Shown: positions 20,235-30,057, counted from the first letter of the stretch. The stretch: 64,000 bases of DNA from an uncultured Chroococcidiopsis sp. (GCA_964248365.1 CAXTYC010000010.1:32001-96000), one strand, 5' to 3'. Notes: generated by a model not told the origin, from the sequence alone. Numbers and translations: made by a program.

Positions 20235-21083
20235 TTATTGACGCTCCAACCAAGTTTCTAAATCTGCTTTCGTGGTAAAATCCAATAGAGCGAGGGCTAA
20301 CTCTTCAAGCTGGTTGCTGGATAGTTGTTGAAGGCGCGATCGCAACTGTGGTTCAATTGCACCGACTCGCCGCGTAAGTAGTCTCATCACTACTGCTAAC
20401 TCTCCTTCGAGCCTTCCTTCCTCTAGCGCTTCTTGATAAACCCTAGTTTGCTTCAATTCATTTAATCCCAGCATCTGTTCTATCTCCTGCCTGCTTAATT
20501 CTGGAAACTTGTAAATCAACACCGTTTCTACTAATTCTATTATCTGGCGCTGCTGGGCAACATCTGTAGTTTCTTGTCTAGTTCTGGCAATTAGCTGTTT
20601 TGCTTGCTGCGGTGCAGTTTCTGCCTTTATACCAATCAACTGTAGTACACCTAACTCCAGCGAACACTCAGTGTAATCCACCCTCAGTTCATCCAAATAG
20701 ATGCGCTGCAAGCGAGGATTATTGGCAAAATCCTGGTACTGTAATGGTATGCCAGGATCTAAACGCCTTTTCGTGAAGATTACCACCACTCGCCAGTCAT
20801 TCATTGGACGGTAATCGTTGAGATACAGGAATATTTCGCCAAACAAGCTAGGGTAAAGATCGCCTTTTGTATCTCGATAGCCTTGAAATTCAACAAAGTA
20901 TATCGGCAGATCCCTAGCATAAATCGGCGGGACGAGAATACCATCGATGCGAAAACTAGTTTGTTTGACTTCTTGGGAAGAAAAGCTGTAGGTTGATGCT
21001 CTTGGATCTGTATTGCCAAGTAGCTCGAACAAAACGCCAGGACTATTTTGAAATAGCTGGTAAAACAGGCTATCTGTTTGCAC
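20235..21083 (-). CDS. Rpn-family (DUF2887 PD-(D/E)XK plus DUF4351) nuclease, copy 1
   Basis: MQTDSLFYQLFQ, EVKQTSFRIDG, YFVEFQ, LKQTRVYQEA and LEELALALLDF; GTG start. Confidence 0.88.
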   Translation of the reverse strand: MQTDSLFYQLFQNSPGVLFELLGNTDPRASTYSFSSQEVKQTSFRIDGILVPPIYARDLPIYFVEFQGYRDTKGDLYPSLFGEIFLYLNDYRPMNDWRVVVIFTKRRLDPGIPLQYQDFANNPRLQRIYLDELRVDYTECSLELGVLQLIGIKAETAPQQAKQLIARTRQETTDVAQQRQIIELVETVLIYKFPELSRQEIEQMLGLNELKQTRVYQEALEEGRLEGELAVVMRLLTRRVGAIEPQLRSRLQQLSSNQLEELALALLDFTTKADLETWLERQ

Positions 21084-21199
21084 AAGGCTGTAATCGAAAA
21101 CAATAATGGGGCAATCTTACCCCAGAATATGCACGAGCTATTATTTTATCCTTAGTGCATTGCTTATAGGATAGCAATCGTATTAACCATCTACCCGAA

Positions 21200-22096
21200 T
21201 TATTGACGCTCCAACCAAGTTTCTAAGTCGGCTTTCGTGGTAAAGTCAAGCAAAGCGAGGGCTAATTCTTCAAGCTGGGTGCTAGATAGTTGTTGTAGGC
21301 GCGATCGCAACTGGGGTTCAATTGCACCAACTCGCCGTGTGAGTAGTTTCATCACTACTGCCAACTTTCCTTCGAGTCTTCCTTCAAGCCTGCCTGCGAG
21401 TCTTCCTTCGAGTCTTCCTTGCTCAAGCCCTTCTTCTAGCGCCTCTTGATAAACTCTTGTCTGCTTCAATTCATTTAATCCCAGCATTTGCTCTATCTCC
21501 TGCCTACTTCTTTCGGGGAACTTGTAAATCAACACCGTTTCTACTAATTCTAGAATTTTGCGCTGTTGGGCGGCATCAGTGAGTTCCTCTGTTGTTCTGG
21601 CAATTAACTTTCTCGCTTGTTCTGGGGCGTAGTCAAGCTTAACTCCAATCAATTTGAGTACGCCTAACTCCAATGAACTCTCAGCCTCATCGATTGTCAA
21701 TTCGTCCAAATAGATGCGTTGCAATCGTGGATTCTTAGCAAATTCCTCGTAGTGTCGTGGTATGCCAGGATCTAAGCTTTTCTTGGTAAAAATCACTACT
21801 GCCCGCCAATCATTTACGGGGCGGTAGTCATTCAGATACAGAAATATCTCACCCAACAAGCTGGGATAGAGATCACCTTTTGTATCTCGGTAGCCTTGAA
21901 CTTCAACAAAGTAAATGGGCAGATCCCTAGCATAAATCGGCGGGACGAGAATACCATCGATGCGAAAACTAGTTTGTTTGACTTCTTGGGAAGAAAAGCT
22001 GTAGGTTGATGTTCTTGGATCTGTGTTGCCAAGTAGCTCGAACAAAACGCTGGGACTATTTTGAAATAGCTGGTAAAACAGGCTATCCGTTTGCAC
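21200..22096 (-). CDS. Rpn-family (DUF2887 plus DUF4351) nuclease, copy 2, with expanded EGRL repeats
   Basis: Close paralog of copy 1; EGLEQGRLEGRLAGRLEGRLEGK linker. Confidence 0.88.
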   Translation of the reverse strand: MQTDSLFYQLFQNSPSVLFELLGNTDPRTSTYSFSSQEVKQTSFRIDGILVPPIYARDLPIYFVEVQGYRDTKGDLYPSLLGEIFLYLNDYRPVNDWRAVVIFTKKSLDPGIPRHYEEFAKNPRLQRIYLDELTIDEAESSLELGVLKLIGVKLDYAPEQARKLIARTTEELTDAAQQRKILELVETVLIYKFPERSRQEIEQMLGLNELKQTRVYQEALEEGLEQGRLEGRLAGRLEGRLEGKLAVVMKLLTRRVGAIEPQLRSRLQQLSSTQLEELALALLDFTTKADLETWLERQ

Positions 22097-22202
22097 TGGG
22101 AGACGATCTCAAACAAGGAATGACACGGCAGGTTGCTCCTATTAACATTACCTGATTAGCCTTGCCTTGTCCCCCGCAGTCCTAAAACAATTACTGATGA
22201 GT

Positions 22203-22292
22203 TTGCAACGTTTGTTACCAAGCCTGCTGTTGAGGAAAAATCTGTTCTCAACGGCTACAGCAAAACTTGAGTATAGTAGAGCAATTTTTTAG
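22203..22292. pseudogene. Fused scar: short Rpn-tail end joined to an internal vapC fragment
   Basis: 22203-22232 resembles 17576-17616; 22232-22292 (CTGTTCTCAACGGC...CAAAACTTGAGTATAGTAGAGCAATT) matches vapC 18197-18247. Confidence 0.7.
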
Positions 22293-22334
22293 TAGGATCA
22301 AATTATTGATGGTGGGCAATGCCCACCCTACAGC

Positions 22335-22412
22335 TGCTTCCGTGGTAAAATGCATCAAAGCAAGGCTGACTCTTCAAACTGGGTGCTGGATAACTGCTAA
22401 TGACGCGATCGC
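22335..22412 (-). pseudogene. Orphan Rpn C-terminal remnant bounded by HIP1
   Basis: CGTGGTAAAATGCATCAAAGCAAGGCTGACTCTTCAAACTGGGTGCTGGATAACTG matches the Rpn 3' region; HIP1 at 22405-22412. Confidence 0.7.
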
Positions 22413-22492
22413 GCAGACATCCAGATGCATTGAAAATAAACCGAATTATGAGCTGACAAAAGGGGATCAATATTAGCTTTTTCACCATCCAC

Positions 22493-22888
22493 CTACGCAT
22501 CAATTACGGCAATACAATCAATCTCCACCAACACATCCTTCGGCAACCGAGAAACCTGGACACAAGCACGAGCAGGAGCAGTTGACTCATCAAAATATTG
22601 AGCATAAACAGCATTCATCGCGGCAAAATCATTCATATCTGCCAAAAAAACCGTTGTTTTCGCCACATCCGAGAAAGTAGCCCCAGCTGCTACCAATATC
22701 GCTTGCAGATTTGCCATCACCTGCTTCGTCTGCTGCAACACATCCCCTCCTCCCACAATTTCACCCGTATTCGGATCAAGTGGAATTTGCCCAGCCACAA
22801 ACACCATTTTCCCACTAGCTGCGATCGCCTGATTATAAGGTCCCACCGGAGCCGGAGCCTGATCAGTACAAATAACCTCTCTGTTCAT
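22493..22888 (-). CDS. ridA: RidA/YjgF reactive enamine deaminase
   Basis: [20 protein letters not shown] and [19 protein letters not shown] motifs. Confidence 0.95.
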   Translation of the reverse strand: MNREVICTDQAPAPVGPYNQAIAASGKMVFVAGQIPLDPNTGEIVGGGDVLQQTKQVMANLQAILVAAGATFSDVAKTTVFLADMNDFAAMNAVYAQYFDESTAPARACVQVSRLPKDVLVEIDCIAVIDA

Positions 22889-23003
22889 CTTCTTCCTCTG
22901 CGTTTCCCTGGGGTTTAAACCCCAGGCTAGTGTCTAACACGCTATCGCGCTAACGGCTTCGCCTTCGCCTGCGGCTGGCGCTTCGCTGGGGCGCTTCGTT
23001 CCC

Positions 23004-23435
23004 TTAACCCAACCTCGGTCGTATCCCATAGAACCGATAATGGCAATAATCCCGCATAATGCGATCGTGGTCAAAGCACAATTGCTCTGGTATCCGCCAA
23101 GATTCAAAAATCTCAACCCAGTTAGCATCATCCCCAGCCTTGGGTTCCCCCTTTGCCGTTGCCAAAAACACCACACTCATAGTGTGCTGCCGAGGATCAC
23201 GACTAGGATCAGAGTATACATGAAACTGTTCCACTAGCTCCACTGCCAAACCCGTCTCTTCCTGTGCTTCTCGTCGTGCTGCTACCTCAGCTGACTCACC
23301 ATAATCAATAAAACCCCCTGGAAGCGCCCAACCTGCGGGGGGATTTTGACGCTCGATCAAGATAATTGGTCGGTGTGGTCGGTCAACCAGTTCAATAATA
23401 ATGTCAACAGTAGGAACAGGATTGCGGTAACTCAT
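23004..23435 (-). CDS. NUDIX hydrolase (ADP-ribose pyrophosphatase-like)
   Basis: Nudix box [27 protein letters not shown] and FDH motifs. Confidence 0.92.
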   Translation of the reverse strand: MSYRNPVPTVDIIIELVDRPHRPIILIERQNPPAGWALPGGFIDYGESAEVAARREAQEETGLAVELVEQFHVYSDPSRDPRQHTMSVVFLATAKGEPKAGDDANWVEIFESWRIPEQLCFDHDRIMRDYCHYRFYGIRPRLG

Positions 23436-23631
23436 TGATATTTTGCTTTTGAATACATAATATTAAACTCTAATGTGAGACTTTACTTGCCATTTCTAAC
23501 TGGGGCGATCGCCCCAAAGTGAATAAGCGGTGTAGAGGCAATTCCTCTATCTGCACTTATCTGAAAATCTGGACAGGGGAAGATTTCAAACTAATACTGG
23601 GCGTGATAAATTCAGTGGCGATTTTCCCCTC

Positions 23632-25161
23632 TTGATTAATTTCTCTATGCCTTCTCCCAGATGCGCTGGTATTTTGCTTCATCCTACTTCCTTCCCTAGC
23701 CGCTTTGGTATTGGCGACTTAGGCTGGGAAGCTTACCGTTTCGTTGACTTTTTATTCAAAAGCTACCAGCAATTGTGGCAAGTATTGCCAGTAGGACCGA
23801 CAGGGTACGGCAATTCCCCTTATGCTTCTTATTCGGCAATGGCTGGAAATCCTATGCTGATTAGTCCTGACAAACTACGGGACGAAGCGTTGCTCAGTGA
23901 GGAGGACTTTGCCAATCTCCCAGAGTTTCCCCATGAACGAGTAGATTATGAGCAAGTGGTGCAGATTAAGACACCTCTGCTCAAACAAGCCTTCGGGAAC
24001 TTTAAAAATAGGGCAACGCCAATGCAGCAGCAAGAATTTGCTGGTTTCTGTGAAACCAAAGCTTATTGGCTCGATGACTACGCCTTGTTTATGGCGCTCA
24101 AAGACGCTCATGAGGGAGCAAGCTGGCATACTTGGAAACCAGAAATTGCCCGCCGTCAACCAGAAGCCCTGGAACAGTGGCGAGTGCAACTCAATGATAA
24201 GATATTCTACTACAAATTCATTCAGTTTGAATTCTTTCGCCAGTGGTCGCAGCTAAGGAGCTATGCGAATATGCACGGCATCCAAATTATTGGCGATATT
24301 CCCATTTACGTTGCTCATGACAGTGCCGATGTGTGGGCGCATCCTGAAATTTTTTGTTTGAATGAAGAAACGGGCGAAGCGGCACTGATGGCAGGAGTAC
24401 CGCCAGATTACTTTAGCGCCACTGGTCAACTGTGGGGCAATCCAATTTATAACTGGGAGGAATTACAAAAACAAGACTTTAAGTGGTGGGTGCAACGCTT
24501 TGAGGCGATGCTCGATTATGTGGATGTTATTCGGATTGACCACTTCCGAGGCTTTCAGGCTTACTGGGTGGTAAAGCAAGGGGAAACCACTGCTATGAAT
24601 GGAAGTTGGGTTGAAGCGCCTGGAGAAGCTTTGTTTGAGGCGATCGCTCAAAAGTTAGGCAAGTTACCTGTGTTAGCCGAGGACTTGGGTGTGATTACGC
24701 CCGAAGTGGAAGCACTGCGCGACAAGTTTGAATTTCCTGGCATGAAAATTTTGCAGTTTGCTTTTGGTTCAGATCCAGGTAATCCTTACTTGCCCTTCAA
24801 CTATTCCCGCAACTGTGTTGTATACACTGGGACTCACGATAATGATACCACAGTAGGCTGGTTCAGTCAAGCTTCTGACTACGAAAAGCATAAATTGTGG
24901 CTTTATTTGGGTTGCATGAGTAATGACGGCATTCAATGGGATATGATCCGGCTAGCTTTGAGTAGTGTAGCTAATCAGGCGATTATTCCACTACAAGATG
25001 TGCTGGGATTAGGAACACAGGCGCGGATGAATGTTCCAAGTAAAGCAGACGGAAACTGGGGATGGCGGTATCAGCCAGATGCTCTGACAGAGGAATTAGG
25101 CGATCGCCTCAAAATCCTAACTGAAACTTTTGGTCGCGCACCGCAAATGAGGGGCGCTTAG
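23632..25161 (+). CDS. malQ: 4-alpha-glucanotransferase (GH77); likely start at ATG 23647
   Basis: GILLHPTS, GVPPDYFSATGQLWGNP, RIDHFRG, AEDLG and YTGTHDNDT motifs. Confidence 0.96.
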   Translation: MINFSMPSPRCAGILLHPTSFPSRFGIGDLGWEAYRFVDFLFKSYQQLWQVLPVGPTGYGNSPYASYSAMAGNPMLISPDKLRDEALLSEEDFANLPEFPHERVDYEQVVQIKTPLLKQAFGNFKNRATPMQQQEFAGFCETKAYWLDDYALFMALKDAHEGASWHTWKPEIARRQPEALEQWRVQLNDKIFYYKFIQFEFFRQWSQLRSYANMHGIQIIGDIPIYVAHDSADVWAHPEIFCLNEETGEAALMAGVPPDYFSATGQLWGNPIYNWEELQKQDFKWWVQRFEAMLDYVDVIRIDHFRGFQAYWVVKQGETTAMNGSWVEAPGEALFEAIAQKLGKLPVLAEDLGVITPEVEALRDKFEFPGMKILQFAFGSDPGNPYLPFNYSRNCVVYTGTHDNDTTVGWFSQASDYEKHKLWLYLGCMSNDGIQWDMIRLALSSVANQAIIPLQDVLGLGTQARMNVPSKADGNWGWRYQPDALTEELGDRLKILTETFGRAPQMRGA

Positions 25162-25280
25162 GTTGGGGACTGGGGGCTTGGGAGAGTGGGAGAGGGGGAG
25201 AGGGGGAGAGGGGGAGAAATTATGAATTGCCTTTTCCCTTTTCCCTAGCCCCTAGCCCCTAGCCCCTAGTCCCTAGCCCG
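25162..25280. repeat. Short tandem heptamer/octamer repeats (GGGGAGAG, CCCTAGC) between convergent genes
   Basis: GGGGGAGAG run and (CCCTAGC)x5; similar blocks at 26941-27006, 27890-28080, 28970-29135, 40478-40506, 44060-44235 and 47805-47966. Confidence 0.85.
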
Positions 25281-25282
25281 CA

Positions 25283-26077
25283 TTAAAGCTTCGTATTGGG
25301 AACAAAGGTTACTTCTTGCACTTGACCTGGCTGTCCCAGTGGCTTGGCTTCTTTCTGCTCGACAGTAGACACTAGCACTCCCCCTGCATTACCGACTCTT
25401 ACTTTTAGTTGTTCGTTTGCTACCCAAGTGCGTTGGGTTCCTTGTGGTAGCAGCCCTTCAAATTGCTTTTTTCCGTCAGCTACTACCCTAATCCACGATT
25501 CGTCTTTCAAAGTAACGCCAATCTGAACTGGTTTGTTGGTTTTGCTAGGAGCATTGACAGTTTTTACCTTTTGTGTATGCGGCGGTTTTGGCTTGGCAGT
25601 AGCAGAAATTGCTGGCTGTTTTTGCGGCACAGTGTTAGTGACTTGCATCTCGGAACGATTTAATGTTTGAGATAAGGCGCTCACTGTGCCAACAATCACA
25701 AGGATGTATAGCACGTAAAGATGAGTAGTGTGTAACTGAGCTGCGGGTAGAGGTCGGCTAACAGGTTTGGTAATCGGTTGGCGATCGCTAGTAGGAAAGC
25801 TGCTTGCCAACTGTGTTCCATCTAAACCGAGTGTTTCTGCATATTTCTTAATAAAACTTTGAATATAAACTGGCTCTGGCAGTTGATCTAGCCTACCCGC
25901 TTCAATTGCTTGTAAAAAACGCGATCGAATGCGAGTTAGAGCTTCGACTTGGTCTAAAGACAGTTGTTTTTCTTGACGTTTTAGGCGCAGTGTAGACCCG
26001 ATCTGTGCTAGCTTTTCGGCTGGAGGTTCCTCAAGGGTCTGTACTGACTGATGCTGCTGCTTTTTCCACCACTTCAT
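25283..26077 (-). CDS. rodZ: RodZ-like protein (HTH_25, TM helix, DUF4115)
   Basis: LQAIEAGRLDQLPEPVYIQSFIKKYAETLGLD; single TM helix; SWIRVVADG...VRVGNAGGV. Confidence 0.85.
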   Translation of the reverse strand: MKWWKKQQHQSVQTLEEPPAEKLAQIGSTLRLKRQEKQLSLDQVEALTRIRSRFLQAIEAGRLDQLPEPVYIQSFIKKYAETLGLDGTQLASSFPTSDRQPITKPVSRPLPAAQLHTTHLYVLYILVIVGTVSALSQTLNRSEMQVTNTVPQKQPAISATAKPKPPHTQKVKTVNAPSKTNKPVQIGVTLKDESWIRVVADGKKQFEGLLPQGTQRTWVANEQLKVRVGNAGGVLVSTVEQKEAKPLGQPGQVQEVTFVPNTKL

Positions 26078-26085
26078 ATTTTTAT

Positions 26086-26925
26086 TTATTGCACTCCTTG
26101 ACGTATCAAGTGCTGCTTCTTTCGTGTCAGTTTAATCTGCTCTTGCAAAAAGTCCAGTTCAACAGGGCCCAGAGAACGATATTTACCCATAGGTAACGCT
26201 GCTGCTTTTGTTGGTTGTAATTGAATCGAACCAATAGCGGTGCGATGTAGTTTAATCACCGGATAGCCCAACTGCTCAGTCATGCGGCGAATTTGTCGAT
26301 TTCTCCCCTCCCATAAAACGATTTCCAAAAGAGTTTGGTTAGCATCTTGCTCAAGTAGGCGCACTTGAGCTGGTAGGGTTTTTCTGCTATCTAAGACAAC
26401 ACCTTGTCGCCACTGTTGTAACACTGATTTTGGTGGATGTCCTTGCACCACAACATGATAAGTTTTGGGAATATTGTGACGCGGATGAGTGAGGGCAAAT
26501 GTCAATTCTCCATCATTTGTTAGCAGCAACGCTCCTGTAGAGTCTACATCCAAGCGTCCAACAGGATGAATCCCCTGACTCTTTCGCAGGTGGGGTGGCA
26601 ATAGATCTATCACAGTAGGACGTGATTGTGGATCATCACAGGTGGATACAACTCCAGCAGGTTTGTTGAGTAAAAGATAAATCAGCTGGGGACGATGGAG
26701 TGGTTGAATTAGCTTGCCATCGACCTCGATCGCATCCTCAAGAGGATCGGCTTTTTGCCCTAGTTGGGCAAAAATTCCATTACACCGCACACGCCCAGCT
26801 AAAATCATAGCTTCTGCCCCCCGACGTGAAGCGATCCCCCATTGGGAAAGAATTTTTTGTAGCCGTTCCTCCATTGGCATCTCCACCAAGGTACTACCAA
26901 TATATAGCAATCTCCTAACCGTCAT
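26086..26925 (-). CDS. RsuA/RluB-family rRNA pseudouridine synthase (true start likely MEERLQK, ~26872)
   Basis: S4 domain ERLQKILSQWGIASRR; LLNKPAG, VGRLD and EGRNRQIRRM motifs. Confidence 0.93.
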   Translation of the reverse strand: MTVRRLLYIGSTLVEMPMEERLQKILSQWGIASRRGAEAMILAGRVRCNGIFAQLGQKADPLEDAIEVDGKLIQPLHRPQLIYLLLNKPAGVVSTCDDPQSRPTVIDLLPPHLRKSQGIHPVGRLDVDSTGALLLTNDGELTFALTHPRHNIPKTYHVVVQGHPPKSVLQQWRQGVVLDSRKTLPAQVRLLEQDANQTLLEIVLWEGRNRQIRRMTEQLGYPVIKLHRTAIGSIQLQPTKAAALPMGKYRSLGPVELDFLQEQIKLTRKKQHLIRQGVQ

Positions 26926-27177
26926 GGAATACTGCGATAGTTGTCAATAGTCAATAGTCATTAGTCCTTTGTAACTACAAATGACAAAGGACTAATGACT
27001 ATTGACAGCCAGCATGGAAGATTTACAAATCTAAGCGGGTTACTATATTTGCATTGTTTTCACCTGATGTGTAGAAATATTACAATTACCCTCCTTAGCG
27101 CTCTTGCTCTCATATTTCATTTGAAAAAGAATATATGATTCGCAGCAGTTGCACCCTACCGATTAACTAACTAACAG

Positions 27178-27888
27178 TTGATGAGGCATAACTTGGACAA
27201 AGACGCTACGCCAAAGCAAAGTCGGCTAATTAGCAAGGTGCTGTCGCCTGCACTGAAGCTATTCTTGCGATCGCAAGTAGAACAAGTCTCCCATCTAGAA
27301 GTAAAAATTAGCGGGGGCAATCGGCAAATTTTCACGGGTAGTATTCCACAAGTAAGTATCTGGGCTAACCACGTCATATATCAAGGCTTGCATCTAGCAC
27401 AGGTTCAGCTAGTGGGGAATGGTATTCGCATCAACTTAGGTCAAGTTCTCAAAGGTCAGCCCTTGCGACTTGTAGAACCTGTACTCGTCTATGGTGAACT
27501 GCTTTTGCATGAAGCTGATCTAAATGCTTCCCTCCAGTCGCGCTTGTTGTCTGATGGTTTAACCGAGTTATTGCAAATGCTACTTCCAGCAAATTACTCA
27601 CTAAAGGGGCAAGTTAGCTGGCGCAAAATTACTCTTGCGTCAAACCACCTGACATTAATAGGCGACTTAGGAGATTATAGTAGAAAAATGTCTTTATTAC
27701 TGCGTTGTGGTTTACAGCTAGTGAATTGCCATGAACTACAACTAACTCAGATCCAACTGCAAACCCCAGATATAAACCAGGAAAAGTTAGATCTCTCAAT
27801 AGATTTAGGTTCACAAGTCAATTTACAAGAATTAACTTTGCATCCAGGTAAGTTAGTGTGTCGCGGTAGCATTACTGTCATGCCCTAA
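27178..27888 (+). CDS. DUF2993/LmeA-like conserved cyanobacterial protein
   Basis: LKLFLRSQV, INLGQVLKGQPLRL and DLNASLQS motifs. Confidence 0.7.
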   Translation: MMRHNLDKDATPKQSRLISKVLSPALKLFLRSQVEQVSHLEVKISGGNRQIFTGSIPQVSIWANHVIYQGLHLAQVQLVGNGIRINLGQVLKGQPLRLVEPVLVYGELLLHEADLNASLQSRLLSDGLTELLQMLLPANYSLKGQVSWRKITLASNHLTLIGDLGDYSRKMSLLLRCGLQLVNCHELQLTQIQLQTPDINQEKLDLSIDLGSQVNLQELTLHPGKLVCRGSITVMP

Positions 27889-28080
27889 ACTAGGGGCTAG
27901 AAAAAGGGAAAAGGGGAAAGGTAAAAGGGAAAAGGTAAAAGGGAAAAGGTAAAAGCAACAAGTATAAATTAACAATTCTCCCCCTCTCCCCCTAATCCCC
28001 ACAACGCGAGTGAAGAGCGAGTTCCCCTTTTCCCACACTCCCCCTAGCCTCTAGCCTCTAGCCTAAGCGCCCCTTTGCCC

Positions 28081-28959
28081 CTAGCCTCCAATAGAAGCGA
28101 TCAGTGGTAGAAGTAAGGTGACAAAATAGTAAACTAAAGGAGCTGTAAAGACGTAGCTATCAGCGCGGTCTAAGATGCCGCCGTGACCTGGGATCAGTTG
28201 TCCTGAATCCTTGACTCCAGCATCGCGTTTCATCATTGACTCGGTAAGGTCGCCTAACAAGCTAGCAATGCCAATTAGCAAACCCAAAGCTAGACCAGAC
28301 CAAGGCGAAGCAGACCAATCTAAATACCAAGCTCCCGCAGAGGCTACAGCTACACTGGCGGTCACTCCAAATGCAGCACCTTCAACGGTCTTTTTAGGGC
28401 TGATATTGGAAAGCTGGGTACGACCGAAGAATTTGCCAATGAAATAAGCGCCGATATCTGCTGCCCAGATGCATAAGAAGGTGAGCATTGTAGCTGTTAG
28501 ACCTTGAGGCAGTGCATTGATATTTGTCCAAGTGGTTGGTAAGTAACCTCCTAAAGGTAGATTGCTAACGGCGGCACTATCAAGCGATCGCAATCGAATC
28601 CAATAGCTGGGTAAATAACCACCATAAAATAGCCCTAAAATTGAGGTGGAAATATCAGCGATCGTCGCTAATTTCGGTTGAAACAGCAGATAAAAACAAA
28701 TAAATGTTCCTGCCACTGGCATCACAGCATCAGCTAAAGTGGAAGAAACCGTAGCAATTATCAGCAAGGCTTGGCTGACTGCTAAGGTAGTTTTAGCAGC
28801 AGGTGCAATTCCCTTGGCTCGCACTAGCTGAAAATATTCCTGTTGACCTAAATAAACAATGACCGCAAACATCAGGGTGAAATACCACCCCCCTAATATG
28901 CTGGCTGTGAAAGCGACGGCGATCGCAACTATTCCACTAACAATCCGAGTCCAGGGCAT
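28081..28959 (-). CDS. cdsA: Phosphatidate cytidylyltransferase
   Basis: ISPKKTVEG and ESMMKRDAGVKDSGQLIPGHGGILDRADS signature. Confidence 0.96.
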   Translation of the reverse strand: MPWTRIVSGIVAIAVAFTASILGGWYFTLMFAVIVYLGQQEYFQLVRAKGIAPAAKTTLAVSQALLIIATVSSTLADAVMPVAGTFICFYLLFQPKLATIADISTSILGLFYGGYLPSYWIRLRSLDSAAVSNLPLGGYLPTTWTNINALPQGLTATMLTFLCIWAADIGAYFIGKFFGRTQLSNISPKKTVEGAAFGVTASVAVASAGAWYLDWSASPWSGLALGLLIGIASLLGDLTESMMKRDAGVKDSGQLIPGHGGILDRADSYVFTAPLVYYFVTLLLPLIASIGG

Positions 28960-29140
28960 GACTAAAATTATGAAGTGTGAAGTGTGAAGTTAGAAGTATT
29001 AAGTATTAAGTGTGAAGTGTGTAAGCGTTGCGGCGCTTTGGGAGCTTGTCGGAAGTATAAACTTTTATCCTTCAAACTTCAGCTTTTATCCTTCAGCCTT
29101 GATCGAGCATCCTTTATCCTTCAGCCTTCATACTTCCGAT

Positions 29141-29743
29141 TTAGTCTAACTTCTCTCCACTGAGAATAAAAATAGGGTCAATGGCGGCAAAGGTTTGCTG
29201 GCTTCCCCGCATCTCTAAGCGGTTAACAGCCGACTGAACAACTTCGATATTGCGAGCTTGCAACTGTGCCAAGGTTTGAGAGATAGCGTATAAACTTTCA
29301 AGATTACTCGCTGTGGCAACAACTCTACCTTGAAGGGGCAAGTAACGCCAAACTTCTGTAAGGATTTCTTTGATTGGACGACCACCCTCAATACAGACAC
29401 GGTGAGGAGTTTGGGGTAAGGAAGGTAGACAATCTGGGGCGATCGCTTCAATCACTTCTACATTTTGCACATTAAAGCGATCGCAGTTACGACGGATCAG
29501 ATTAGCTACTTCTTCATCTCGTTCGACAGCGATAATCCGCGCTTGGGGACACAATAACCCAATTTCTACAGGAATTGTACCCGTTCCCGCGCCAATATCC
29601 CACACCAGCGACTTTGGTTGTAGCCGCAGGTGTGAAATCAACAGCAGCCGAATTTCACGCTGCGACAAAGGAATCCCTGGTAGGTGATCGAATAAATCAT
29701 CAGGGATGCCTGGGGTAATGTATGGCCAGATTTCGGAAGGCAT
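29141..29743 (-). CDS. cbiT: Precorrin-6Y C15-methyltransferase (decarboxylating) CbiT
   Basis: PGIPDDLF, REIR, WDIGAGTG SAM motif and PIFILSG. Confidence 0.9.
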   Translation of the reverse strand: MPSEIWPYITPGIPDDLFDHLPGIPLSQREIRLLLISHLRLQPKSLVWDIGAGTGTIPVEIGLLCPQARIIAVERDEEVANLIRRNCDRFNVQNVEVIEAIAPDCLPSLPQTPHRVCIEGGRPIKEILTEVWRYLPLQGRVVATASNLESLYAISQTLAQLQARNIEVVQSAVNRLEMRGSQQTFAAIDPIFILSGEKLD

Positions 29744-30057
29744 AGAAAAATGTAGGTATCCCCTTCGTTACAGTAGCAGAATACAGCGCCTTTCAAATTG
29801 CAACTTTTCAAGTTGATTGACTTCCTTTGACAGGCGTTAAATCGAGCGCTTTTTAGGTCTATACTTTGCAATTCCAAACCCTCTCAAGGTAAAGCGTACT
29901 CCAAAATGATTTACCGAAAATTTCGCTCACCAGTAGCATATTGCCTCAGCAGTTCATCTTTAGTCAAAATTTATCAGAATGTACTAGGAGGGAATTTCTT
30001 TGGAGCTAGCTATCAACTATTATTGTCTATTGAGTGAAATTGCATGAAAGAAGCACG

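Noticed and set aside
20801..22116. Paralogous ORFs 20801-21103 and 21832-22116 as overlapping genes
   Set aside because: Alternate frames of the duplicated Rpn genes; similarity is explained by the duplication
22267..22503. Short ORFs 22267-22476 and 22303-22503
   Set aside because: Built from vapC and Rpn scars plus a REP palindrome (LLMVGNAHPT is the translated repeat)
22932..23003. GTCTAAC followed by GC-rich sequence as a possible attC
   Set aside because: No matching GTT right end or L-box pairing; consists of CTTCGC short repeats
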